Shown here: piece after piece, positions 23,677 to 33,360 of the stretch | Position numbering within the stretch: the stretch's first letter is position 1 | Layout of the letters: every line of letters begins with the position of its first letter | DNA from: Octopus bimaculoides | Lineage: Eukaryota | Reading direction: 5' to 3' | Assembly (NCBI RefSeq): GCF_001194135.2 | Contig: NC_069008.1 | Location: 2,765,959 to 2,807,109, forward strand | Length of the DNA stretch: 41,151 bases | The notes under the pieces: generated by a model | Databases searched by the model: none | The model's input: the letters and a program-made list of their open reading frames with translations, nothing else | Told to the model about the DNA's origin: nothing | Made by a program: the position numbers and the translations under genes

Positions 23677-24094
23677 CTGGTGTAATGGAACATTGGCCAA
23701 GGGTTAACAATAAATATTTTAGATATCTATCTGGGTGTATATAGTGCGTGCGTGTAACCACACATACACACACACACACACACGCACACACACACACACA
23801 CACATGCTCACATGTATGTAGAAATAATATTCTTCACCACATCAATATCGCTTTTCTGTAGGAATTAACGTTACTATCGTTTCTAAACCCAGGGCACACA
23901 TACACACATCATAAGAATTCATATACTTCAAGAAAACATGAAAATAATTTGTTTTAGCATGGAGGATCTTGAAGCAGACAAAGCTACAAATAATGTTTTC
24001 TTATGACACAATATTTGCATATATTAGGTTAACTTCTGTTGGAAACTAAGCAACAACAACAACAGCAACAATAATACAATCAAGGTTTACTCAC

Positions 24095-24346
24095 TCAACG
24101 ATGTTCTTTAATCATGGTTTTCAGTTTGCACTGAAGAGGCCAACGACAGTCGGGTGACCTGCAGTGTTGGCCATAGGATTAGCTAGCGCCCCATTGCTCC
24201 AGTTGGGCATGACTTTGCAGTTGCCATTACCCCGGTTCAGCCTTGCCGGTGACACGCCTGTCACGACGACAAGCAAGGCGAGAGTCAGTGTGATGGCCAC
24301 ATTTGAGATGGCTCCTCCTCCACCTCCTCCTCCTCCTCCTCCTCCT
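24095..24346 (-). CDS. SELENOP: Selenoprotein P, first visible coding exon (signal peptide and UxxU motif); start codon hidden in gap 24347-25119
   Basis: G11-AISNVAITLTLALLVVVTGVSPARLNRGNGNCKVMPNWSNGALANPMANTAGHPTVVGLFSAN-U-KP-U-LKNIVE, donor GA|gtgagt. Aligns with human CKQPPAWSIRDQDPMLNSNGSVTVVALLQAS-U-YL-C-ILQASK. TGA at 24123-24121 and 24114-24112. Confidence 0.92.
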
Positions 24347-25119
24347 NNNNNNNNNNNNNNNNNNNNNNNNNNNNNNNNNNNNNNNNNNNNNNNNNNNNNN
24401 NNNNNNNNNNNNNNNNNNNNNNNNNNNNNNNNNNNNNNNNNNNNNNNNNNNNNNNNNNNNNNNNNNNNNNNNNNNNNNNNNNNNNNNNNNNNNNNNNNNN
24501 NNNNNNNNNNNNNNNNNNNNNNNNNNNNNNNNNNNNNNNNNNNNNNNNNNNNNNNNNNNNNNNNNNNNNNNNNNNNNNNNNNNNNNNNNNNNNNNNNNNN
24601 NNNNNNNNNNNNNNNNNNNNNNNNNNNNNNNNNNNNNNNNNNNNNNNNNNNNNNNNNNNNNNNNNNNNNNNNNNNNNNNNNNNNNNNNNNNNNNNNNNNN
24701 NNNNNNNNNNNNNNNNNNNNNNNNNNNNNNNNNNNNNNNNNNNNNNNNNNNNNNNNNNNNNNNNNNNNNNNNNNNNNNNNNNNNNNNNNNNNNNNNNNNN
24801 NNNNNNNNNNNNNNNNNNNNNNNNNNNNNNNNNNNNNNNNNNNNNNNNNNNNNNNNNNNNNNNNNNNNNNNNNNNNNNNNNNNNNNNNNNNNNNNNNNNN
24901 NNNNNNNNNNNNNNNNNNNNNNNNNNNNNNNNNNNNNNNNNNNNNNNNNNNNNNNNNNNNNNNNNNNNNNNNNNNNNNNNNNNNNNNNNNNNNNNNNNNN
25001 NNNNNNNNNNNNNNNNNNNNNNNNNNNNNNNNNNNNNNNNNNNNNNNNNNNNNNNNNNNNNNNNNNNNNNNNNNNNNNNNNNNNNNNNNNNNNNNNNNNN
25101 NNNNNNNNNNNNNNNNNNN

Positions 25120-25153
<34 letters not shown>

Positions 25154-25539
25154 TATTAATCAAAGTGTACAGTATTATTTATCTATTAGGGCTGATCTTG
25201 TTCATTGGTTTCGCACCAGGTGTTCAACGGAGTGTTAGATAACAATCCGATTATGTAACCCTGCACTCTTCAGAGGTAGCTGTTATGGAGTGAAGTATCA
25301 TTTTCCTCATTTTAACAGAAACTTTTCTCTGTTCACATGGGTCAGATTTATGTTATGGCTAGATACCCTTCCTGTCACCAACCCTCACCTGTTTCCAAGC
25401 AAGTTAATATTTCCCCATGGCCAAATAATGTTCTCAAAAAACATTGGAAATGAATGATGCTGCTCGCATGGTAGTGCCATTTGTTTACCACTATCATACA
25501 ATGTTAAGATAAGGAAACACAAACATATGCACATATTCT

Positions 25540-25818
25540 TTTATTCTTTTACATGTTTCAGTCATTTGACTGTGAACATGCTGGAGCACCGTCTTTAATC
25601 GAATGAATAGACTAAAGGTGGAGCTCCACCCCCATCATCCCCATTATCCTCACCATCATCAGGACTTATTCTTTGTAAGCCCAGTACTTATTCTATCGGT
25701 CTCTTTTGCCGAACTACTAAGTTATGGGAATGTAAAGACACCAACATAGGTTGTCAAGTGATGGTGGAGGGACAAACACAGACATAGAAACATATACATA
25801 CATACATACACACACACA
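25540..25818 (-). mobile_element. 3' half of the abundant tRNA-derived SINE
   Basis: TTCAGTCATTTGACTGTG..CATGCTGGAGCACCG..GACTTATTCTTTGTAAGCC..TATTCTATCGGTCTCTTTTGCCGAAC is the reverse complement of the tail of the 30746 copy. Confidence 0.8.
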
Positions 25819-25918
25819 NNNNNNNNNNNNNNNNNNNNNNNNNNNNNNNNNNNNNNNNNNNNNNNNNNNNNNNNNNNNNNNNNNNNNNNNNNNNNNNNNN
25901 NNNNNNNNNNNNNNNNNN

Positions 25919-26689
25919 GTCGTCGTCGTCGTCGTCGTCACCGCCGCCGCCATCGTCAACATCAGCGTCGTCGGCGTCGTCGTCATAATCATCAACAACA
26001 ACAACAGCACCACCACTATTTCTGCCACCGACCACACCACTGCCGACTCCAGTGTCGGCCCCACCACCATCATCACCGCCACCGCCAACAACACCAACAC
26101 CGACCCCGCAGTTGCCCATCACTGCGGCAACAACCCGATGGTTCTGGTAATGCTCATCAGGGTACCAGGGAACTTTCATGTAAGTCTGTTGCGAACCCTC
26201 AACTGTCACCGCTGCCATGTTATTACCCGTCATCATTATGGTGTCATTGTTCTTTGCCGTTGATGTAGTAGTAGTAGTAGCAGTAGTAGTAGATATAATA
26301 GTAGTAGTAGATGCAGTAGCAACTGCAGCTGTGGCTGTTGCGGTCACGCTGGCAGTTGCGGTCGTGGGGGCTATGACCAGATGCCGGTTCATCGGCGAGT
26401 CGTCACACGGGGCCAGGTGTAAGGGGGACCAAGCTGACGACGAGTGGAACTGCGTCAGCTGGCCGAGATTGAGCGGTGTGTCTGTCTCCAGAGCTGTGAA
26501 GAACGATGACGACTCGCTGGTGCGGCGCGACGACTGTCGCTCCTCACCTGGAGTGCCGTCTTCCGGGTCTTTGCGCTCATGGTCACTTTCCTTGCCTCCT
26601 TCCGGGTTGGTGACAACGATTGTGGGACCAATCTCTTGCAGGTGTTCTAATAGCGATCCAATGAAGGTATAGCAGTAGTTGTATTCAGC
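25919..26689 (-). CDS. Receptor-type protein tyrosine phosphatase, last visible coding exon (end of D2 plus low-complexity tail; stop hidden in or after gap 25819-25918)
   Basis: Acceptor ttttgcag|GCT GAA TAC; AEYNYCYTFIGSLLEHL matches the terminal EQY.F.Y helix of PTP domains; 257 open codons up to the gap. Confidence 0.8.
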
Positions 26690-27418
26690 CTGCAAAAAAA
26701 AAAGAAAAAAAGATATATATATATATAAGGCGCAGGAGTGGCTGTGTGGTAAGNNNNNNNNNNNNNNNNNNNNNNNNNNNNNNNNNNNNNNNNNNNNNNN
26801 NNNNNNNNNNNNNNNNNNNNNNNNNNNNNNNNNNNNNNNNNNNNNNNNNNNNNNNNNNNNNNNNNNNNNNNNNNNNNNNNNNNNNNNNNNNNNNNNNNNN
26901 NNNNNNNNNNNNNNNNNNNNNNNNNNNNNNNNNNNNNNNNNNNNNNNNNNNNNNNNNNNNNNNNNNNNNNNNNNNNNNNNNNNNNNNNNNNNNNNNNNNN
27001 NNNNNNNNNNNNNNNNNNNNNNNNNNNNNNNNNNNNNNNNNNNNNNNNNNNNNNNNNNNNNNNNNNNNNNNNNNNNNNNNNNNNNNNNNNNNNNNNNNNN
27101 NNNNNNNNNNNNNNNNNNNNNNNNNNNNNNNNNNNNNNNNNNNNNNNNNNNNNNNNNNNNNNNNNNNNNNNNNNNNNNNNNNNNNNNNNNNNNNNNNNNN
27201 NNNNNNNNNNNNNNNNNNNNNNNNNNNNNNNNNNNNNNNNNNNNNNNNNNNNNNNNNNNNNNNNNNNNNNNNNNNNNNNNNNNNNNNNNNNNNNNNNNNN
27301 NNNNNNNNNNNNNNNNNNNNNNNNNNNNNNNNNNNNNNNNNNNNNNNNNNNNNNNNNNNNNNNNNNNNNNNNNNNNNNNNNNNNNNNNNNNNNNNNNNNN
27401 NNNNNNNNNNNNNNNNNN

Positions 27419-27867
27419 GCGCGGGCTACTAACCCCAAGATTCCGAGTTCGATTCCAGGCAGTGACCTGAATAATAATAATAGTAATAGTAATAATAATA
27501 ATATAGAAAGGATTGAGGTAACTCCTCCTGAAGATATAGAGTCAAAATTAAAAGAAGAGTGCCATTGTCATCTAGTGAACGATATTTCGACATCTTGTGT
27601 GTCCCAGGAGGAGTTACCTCAGTCCTTTCTATATTAACCAAAATGAAATAGATTGACAAAATTATTTTTTGAACCAGTTGAAGTCACACAAGATGTCGAA
27701 ATATCGTTCACTAGATGACAATGGCACTCTTCTTTTAATTTTGACTCTATATCTTCAGGAGGAGTTACCTCAATCCTTTCTATATTATTATTATTACTAT
27801 TACTATTATTATTATTCAGGTCACTGCCTGGAATCGAACTCGGAATCTTGGGGTTAGTAGCCCGCGC
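27419..27867. repeat. 183-bp inverted repeat (27419-27601 / 27685-27867) made of a tRNA-headed SINE-like unit
   Basis: Arms appear to be exact reverse complements, including the microsatellite interruptions; the ORF track gives the same peptide on both strands (27429-27659 - and 27669-27857 +). Confidence 0.9.
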
Positions 27868-28094
27868 TCTTAACCACTATGCCATATGTCTGTGGGCATA
27901 AGGCTGGAGGGTATATCAGCCGAAACGTTGTGTTAACAACAAACAAGATGAGGACAAATATCCGTCAAATGTAAATAATGTAAATAATGTAAATAATGTA
28001 CATAATTCCTCATCTCTTAAATATAGAATCATGAAGGTTAGTTTTATTTTTGGTAGTAGGGTAGAAAGGGCACACTGAGTAATAGAAGTCAGCT

Positions 28095-28700
28095 TGTTAG
28101 GGGTCACTTTACTATAGCAGATTGAAAAGGGCACAGTAAATATCACGTTGTTAGGGGTCACTTTACTATAGCAGATTGAAAAGGGCACAGTAAATATCAC
28201 GTTGTTAGGGGTCACTTTACTATAGCAGATTGAAAAGGGCACAGTAAATATCACGTNNNNNNNNNNNNNNNNNNNNNNNNNNNNNNNNNNNNNNNNNNNN
28301 NNNNNNNNNNNNNNNNNNNNNNNNNNNNNNNNNNNNNNNNNNNNNNNNNNNNNNNNNNNNNNNNNNNNNNNNNNNNNNNNNNNNNNNNNNNNNNNNNNNN
28401 NNNNNNNNNNNNNNNNNNNNNNNNNNNNNNNNNNNNNNNNNNNNNNNNNNNNNNNNNNNNNNNNNNNNNNNNNNNNNNNNNNNNNNNNNNNNNNNNNNNN
28501 NNNNNNNNNNNNNNNNNNNNNNNNNNNNNNNNNNNNNNNNNNNNNNNNNNNNNNNNNNNNNNNNNNNNNNNNNNNNNNNNNNNNNNNNCACTTTACTATA
28601 GCAGATTGAAAAGGGCACAGTAAATATCACGTTGTTAGGGGTCACTTTACTATAGCAGATTGAAAAGGGCACAGTAAATATCAGGTTGTTAGGGGTTACT
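28095..28700. repeat. 54-bp tandem minisatellite spanning a gap
   Basis: Unit TTGTTAGGGGTCACTTTACTATAGCAGATTGAAAAGGGCACAGTAAATATCACG present on both sides of gap 28257-28588. Confidence 0.92.
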
Positions 28701-28739
28701 TTAGTATAGGAGTTACTTTGTTAGGGGTGGGTGGGGGTG

Positions 28740-29805
28740 GGTGAAACAGTAAACAGAGAATGAACACTGAGTAAATACAGGTTGAAAAATAAATGAACAG
28801 TGAAGGTGAGGTAGTCACAGTAAACTAGAAACTAATCAATACAGGACAGTGAACATTTGGATGAACATGAAGTGAACAAAATGTGAAAAATAGGAAAGAG
28901 GTGGTTAATCAATCGATAGGGACAAGGGAGAATGCATAAATGAACATATAGGGAACAGAAAGTGAACAGTTGAGGGAGAAAGACGTGTATTGAACAGGTT
29001 GACAGTGAACAAAATATAACAAAATACAGGGGATGCAGTGAACTGGTAATTAACGAAAGGAAAGCAGAGTGAACAGTTGGGTGAACACAAAATAAATGGA
29101 AGTTGGACAGAAAGCAAACAAGAGATGGCACAATACAAGAATGAACATATCAAAGACGAGGCAGAAAAGTGGGGTCAAAAGAAGGTGAGTAGAAGTGGAG
29201 CAAGAGATAAACGGTTCAGACAAATGTCAGAATCATGTAAACATTGTGAGAGTTGGAGGAACACAAGATTAAACACATCAAAGACCAGACAGGTATGAAG
29301 GTTGGTGAACAGAAAGTAGACAGAGGGTGAACAGAAAGTGGGCAGAGGGTGAACAGAAAGTGGACAGAGGGTGAACAGATAGGGGATGGGGTTGAGCAGA
29401 GGGCGAACAGGAAGCGAATGGGGATATACAGAAAGTGAACAGAGGGTGAACGGTGTGAATGGAGAGAGCAGAGTGTGAACAGAAAGTGAACAGAGGGTGA
29501 ACGGTATGAATGGAGCGAGCAGAGTGTGAACAGGGGAAAAGTGAACAGAGGGTAAAGAGAGTGAGTGGGGGTGGATAGAGGGTGAACAGAAAGTGAAGTG
29601 GGGGTGAGTAGAGGGTGAACAGAAAGGAATGAGAGTGAACCCAGAGTGAACAGAGAGCAAACAGAGTGAAGAGAAAATGAATTGGGGGAGGGGGGAGTGA
29701 ATGGAGAGCAAACAGATAGTGAATGGGAGTGAGCAGGAGGTGAACAGAAGGTGAACAGAAGGTGAACAAAGGATGAACAGAAGGTGAACAAAGGACGAAC
29801 AGAAA
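28740..29805. repeat. Purine-rich degenerate GTGAACAG(A/G) repeat field (intronic)
   Basis: Dozens of GTGAACAGA/GTGAACAAA motifs with strong A/G strand bias. Confidence 0.8.
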
Positions 29806-29821
29806 AGCATATGGGCCTCAC

Positions 29822-29957
29822 CAATGTTGGAACTAACTGTGGCCGGTTTTTCTTGACTATCCGTACGGCGTTCATTATGTCGACCTCCCTATCTTCCTTC
29901 AGCCGGTCACAACATATACTGATAGCGGAGAACATGCCACACCTACTGTAACCATCT
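29822..29957 (-). CDS. Receptor-type PTP, D2 signature exon (136 bp)
   Basis: ttttccag|A GAT...TTG|gtgagg; DGYSRCGMFSAISICCDRLKEDREVDIMNAVRIVKKNRPQLVPTL matches the PTP G..R.G...VD....V...R..RP motif. Confidence 0.92.
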
Positions 29958-30049
29958 CTGGAAAAAAGGAATTACAACAAAACCAAAAGAAGAAAAATTA
30001 GAAGAGCTTCAATAGCAGAGCTACTACTACTAGTATTAAATGCTAACCA

Positions 30050-30091
<42 letters not shown>

Positions 30092-30745
30092 TAGTGAGAG
30101 AGTAGTGCACGCCATCAAAGTGACACTGAAGTAAATTATACGAAGCCAAGTATACTCGTCTGATAAGGGTACACCAGGCACATGCATCACAACCATATGT
30201 GCACAACATGGTGATCTCATATCAAGATAAACTGCTCATGAACTTGCAGGTGGGGCCCAGTTAGAATTTTCTTCGGGTCGAGTAGCCCATCCCGCTCAAA
30301 GGGTCCCTGAATAAGGTTTGTTTAAGGATGTTGAAGAAAACACCCGTGTTTCCAAAGGTGAATTATTCAAACCCCAAAGAATTCCTCTCGACACATGGCT
30401 ATGATGCTCCCCCGCCACTACTTCTGCTCATGATCAGAGATGCACATATTGTCATCCACCAAGAGACATGCTCAACTGGTTAAGGCCAAACAACTGACAA
30501 GCAAATCTGTGGTATTAAGCAGAATATTTGCTGTAGCCCATCTTTTTATTCAAAGANNNNNNNNNNTAAGCAGAATATTTGCTGTAGCCCATCTTTTTAT
30601 TCAAAGACAAAACAATGTACATGATAACACTTCCAATCAATTAAGATCAGAAGCTATGAGAGCCACTTCCTGATGCTGCATCAGAGATCTCACCTCCACC
30701 ACTGCTTGACAACTGATGTTAGTGTATTCATGTCCCCATAACATA

Positions 30746-30907
30746 GCAGGAGTTGCTGTGTGGTAAGTAGCTTGCTTACCAGCCACATGGTTCCGGGTTC
30801 ATTCCCACTGCATGGCACCTTGGGGAAGTGTCTTCAACTATAGCCTCGGGCCGACCAAAGCCTTGTGAGTTGATTTGATAGACGGAAACTGAAAGAAGCC
30901 CACCATA

Positions 30908-30947
<40 letters not shown>

Positions 30948-31168
30948 TGTGTCTGTGTTTATCCCCACCATCATCACTTGACAACCGATGCTGGTGTGTT
31001 CAAGTCCCTGTAACTTAGTGGTTCAGCAAAAGGGACCGGTAGAATAAGTGCTAGGCTTACAAAGAATAAGTCCTGGGGTCGATTTGCTCGACTAAAAAAG
31101 GCGGTGCTCCAGCATGGCCACAATCAAATGACTGAAACAAATAAAAGAATAAAAGAAAGAAAAAAGAA
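30746..31168 (+). mobile_element. Full-length tRNA-derived SINE; related copies at 26729-26753 (+), 34328-34627 (-), 37418-37512 (-), 39688-40094 (-)
   Basis: Head GCAGGAGTTGCTGTGTGGTAAG..GGTTCCGGGTTCATTCCCAC, central (GT)n, tail GAAACAAATAAAAGAATAAAAG. Confidence 0.85.
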
Positions 31169-31206
31169 TGTACCAGAGTTAATTAAATCGTAACAATCAT
31201 ACGTAC

Positions 31207-31311
31207 TTTGATATAACTACGATAGGGCTGTGTGAGTTAGTCTGTGCCTGCCATTCCTCGACCAAGCCCAAGAGATAGGCAAATGACATAGTGTTGGGTG
31301 GGACCTTGTTG
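31207..31311 (-). CDS. Receptor-type PTP, D2 exon (5' part hidden in gap 31312-31398)
   Basis: NKVPPNTMSFAYLLGLVEEWQAQTNSHSPIVVIS-AA|gtacgt; joins in phase to the next exon to give PIVVISKDGYSRCG. Confidence 0.88.
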
Positions 31312-31729
31312 NNNNNNNNNNNNNNNNNNNNNNNNNNNNNNNNNNNNNNNNNNNNNNNNNNNNNNNNNNNNNNNNNNNNNNNNNNNNNNNNNNNNNNNGA
31401 AGAAGGTGCACAACAACGGACAATGTAAAGACTAAATAGAGGGGATTGTGAGATTAAGGGAAAGGGGGACTGTGCTTGATAGCAGAAGGACTTGCGAGAT
31501 GGGGGGGGGGTTCAGAGGGAGCAGGATGGGTTAGGAAGTAATGGTGGTAATGAAATAAGGGTGGGCATGAGAACGTTTGGGTGGCAACAGGAGGGTTTCA
31601 ATGAAGTTTTTGATCAGGATTTGGGGACATAGCACCAGAAGGGCATGAGGTCTTTTGTGCTTATGTATGTATGTCAGTATGCATGTATGTGTGAAATTAC
31701 AACACTGTATGGTATGGTTTGATGTGTAT

Positions 31730-32560
31730 AGTGTGTCACAGCTGTGACACTGTAACACAAATGGTGTATTCAGCTGTGACTGTAGCAATCACAAGATACA
31801 GTCTCAGTGCTGCAATGACACACGCAGTGTTACAGCTGTATCAGCAGTGACAACAAGTTACTGTGCTGCTATGACAGTGTGACAGAAGTCTTGTCACAAC
31901 TGTAACAGCAGTGACAACATGTTACTGTGCAGCTTTGTCAGTGAGACAGAAGCCCTGTGTCACAACTGTGACAGCAATGACAAGTTACTGTGCTGCTGTG
32001 ACAGAGTGACAAGGGTTTCGTTGCAACTGTGACAGCATTGATAACAAGTTACTGTGTGGCTGCAACAGTGTAAGAAAAGCGCTGTGTCACAACTGTAACA
32101 GCAGTGACAAGATGCAATAAATGTGCTACTGTGACAGCGAGATGCTGTTGATCTATCACAGTTGTAACAGCAGTGACAAAAGAGTTATTGTGTTCTGCTG
32201 CTGCTGTGACAATGTAACTGTGACAGACACAGATGTTGTGTCACAACTGTAACAGTAGTGATAACAAAATGCATTTGACATGCTGCTGCTGCTACTGCTA
32301 TGACAGTTGTGACACAAGTTCTGTGTCGCAACTATAATAGCAGCAGAAACACTGTGACACACTGTGCCACATGGCTGTGATAGTGTGCCTGTGACACAGT
32401 TATTGTATCACAACTATAATGGAAGTGACAATGAGATATAGTTACGATGCAGCTGCGACTGTTGTGGCACTGTGACACAGGTTTAGTATCACAACTGTGA
32501 CAGCATGATGCAGATGTGACAGGTGGATATAAGAGTGACACAAACGTCACTGTGACAAAG
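31730..32560. repeat. Degenerate intronic minisatellite (TGTCACAACTGTRACAGCAGTGACAA-like)
   Basis: More than ten diverged copies of GTGACA/TGTCAC-containing units about 50-60 bp apart. Confidence 0.75.
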
Positions 32561-32568
32561 AGACAGAA

Positions 32569-32607
<39 letters not shown>

Positions 32608-32623
32608 GCGCTAAATTACTTAC

Positions 32624-32638
32624 TTTAACACCGCAGCG
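32624..32638 (-). CDS. Candidate 15-nt microexon of the PTP gene (RCGVK if phase 0)
   Basis: tttctgttgctcccctttaccag|CGCTGCGGTGTTAAA|gtaagt: strong polypyrimidine acceptor, consensus donor, frame-preserving length. Confidence 0.45.
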
Positions 32639-33169
32639 CTGGTAAAGGGGAGCAACAGAAAGAGTAGGTTAATCATATTTTAAAAGCAATGACTGTGATG
32701 TATCTGTACGTCTGTCTTGGTAAGTATGTGTATGTGTGTGTTTATACATAGCTATGTATATGTGTACATATATTTTATGCATGAATGGATGAGGATAGCT
32801 GCGTGAAAAAGTGCCACACCCGAGCAGTTGAGGGAATATATATATATATAAATACATATAAATATATATATTTATATATATATATATANNNNNNNNNNNN
32901 NNNNNNNNNNNNNNNNNNNNNNNNNNNNNNNNNNNNNNNNNNNNNNNNNNNNNNNNNNNNNNNNNNNNNNNNNNNNNNNNNNNNNNNNNNNNNNNNNNNN
33001 NNNNNNNNNNNNNNNNNNNNNNNNNNNNNNNNNNNNNNNNNNNNNNNNNNNNNNNNNNNNNNNNNNNNNNNNNNNNNNNNNNNNNNNNNNNNNNNNNNNN
33101 NNNNNNNNNNNNNNNNNNNNNNNNNNNNNNAGCTATGTATATGTGTACATATATTTTATGCATGAATGG

Positions 33170-33360
33170 ATGAGGATAGCTGTGTGAAAAATTGCCACAC
33201 TCTAGCAGTTAAGGGAACCTGTGGAAGAGGTAGGCCCAGGAAAACCTGGGAAGAGGTGGTGAGGCACGACCTTCAAACATTGGGCCTCACCGAGGCGATG
33301 ACTTCTGACTGAGACCTTTGGAAATATGCTGTGTGTGAGAAGACCCGGCAAGCCAAGTGA
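33170..33360 (+). mobile_element. RTE-clade LINE 3' end; probable 3' UTR continues to about 33768
   Basis: EDSCVKNCHTLAVKGTCGRGRPRKTWEEVVRHDLQTLGLTEAMTSD*DLWKYAV..KTRQAK* is a typical RTE C-terminus (G.R.RGRP...W...V..DL....D...W). Confidence 0.8.

Noticed and set aside
28095-28700. Regular repeats as a possible CRISPR-like array
   Set aside because: Units are head-to-tail with no unique spacers; eukaryotic minisatellite.
29216-29810. Cys/Ser/Pro/His-rich continuation of the ORF after the PTP exon (29216-29935)
   Set aside because: A consensus donor (gtgagg) at 29821 and in-phase joining to the 26689 exon show this is intronic repeat read-through.
31399-31425. SVVVHLL read on the minus strand as a possible PTP VVVHC motif
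   Set aside because: It lies in the pyrimidine-rich intron upstream of the gap; the true signature is spliced from 31207/29957.
31730-32560. Intronic TGACA-rich satellite resembling the SELENOP TGA-CAA-TGA repeats
   Set aside because: No consistent codon phase, no splice sites and no recognisable SELENOP similarity; an ordinary degenerate minisatellite.
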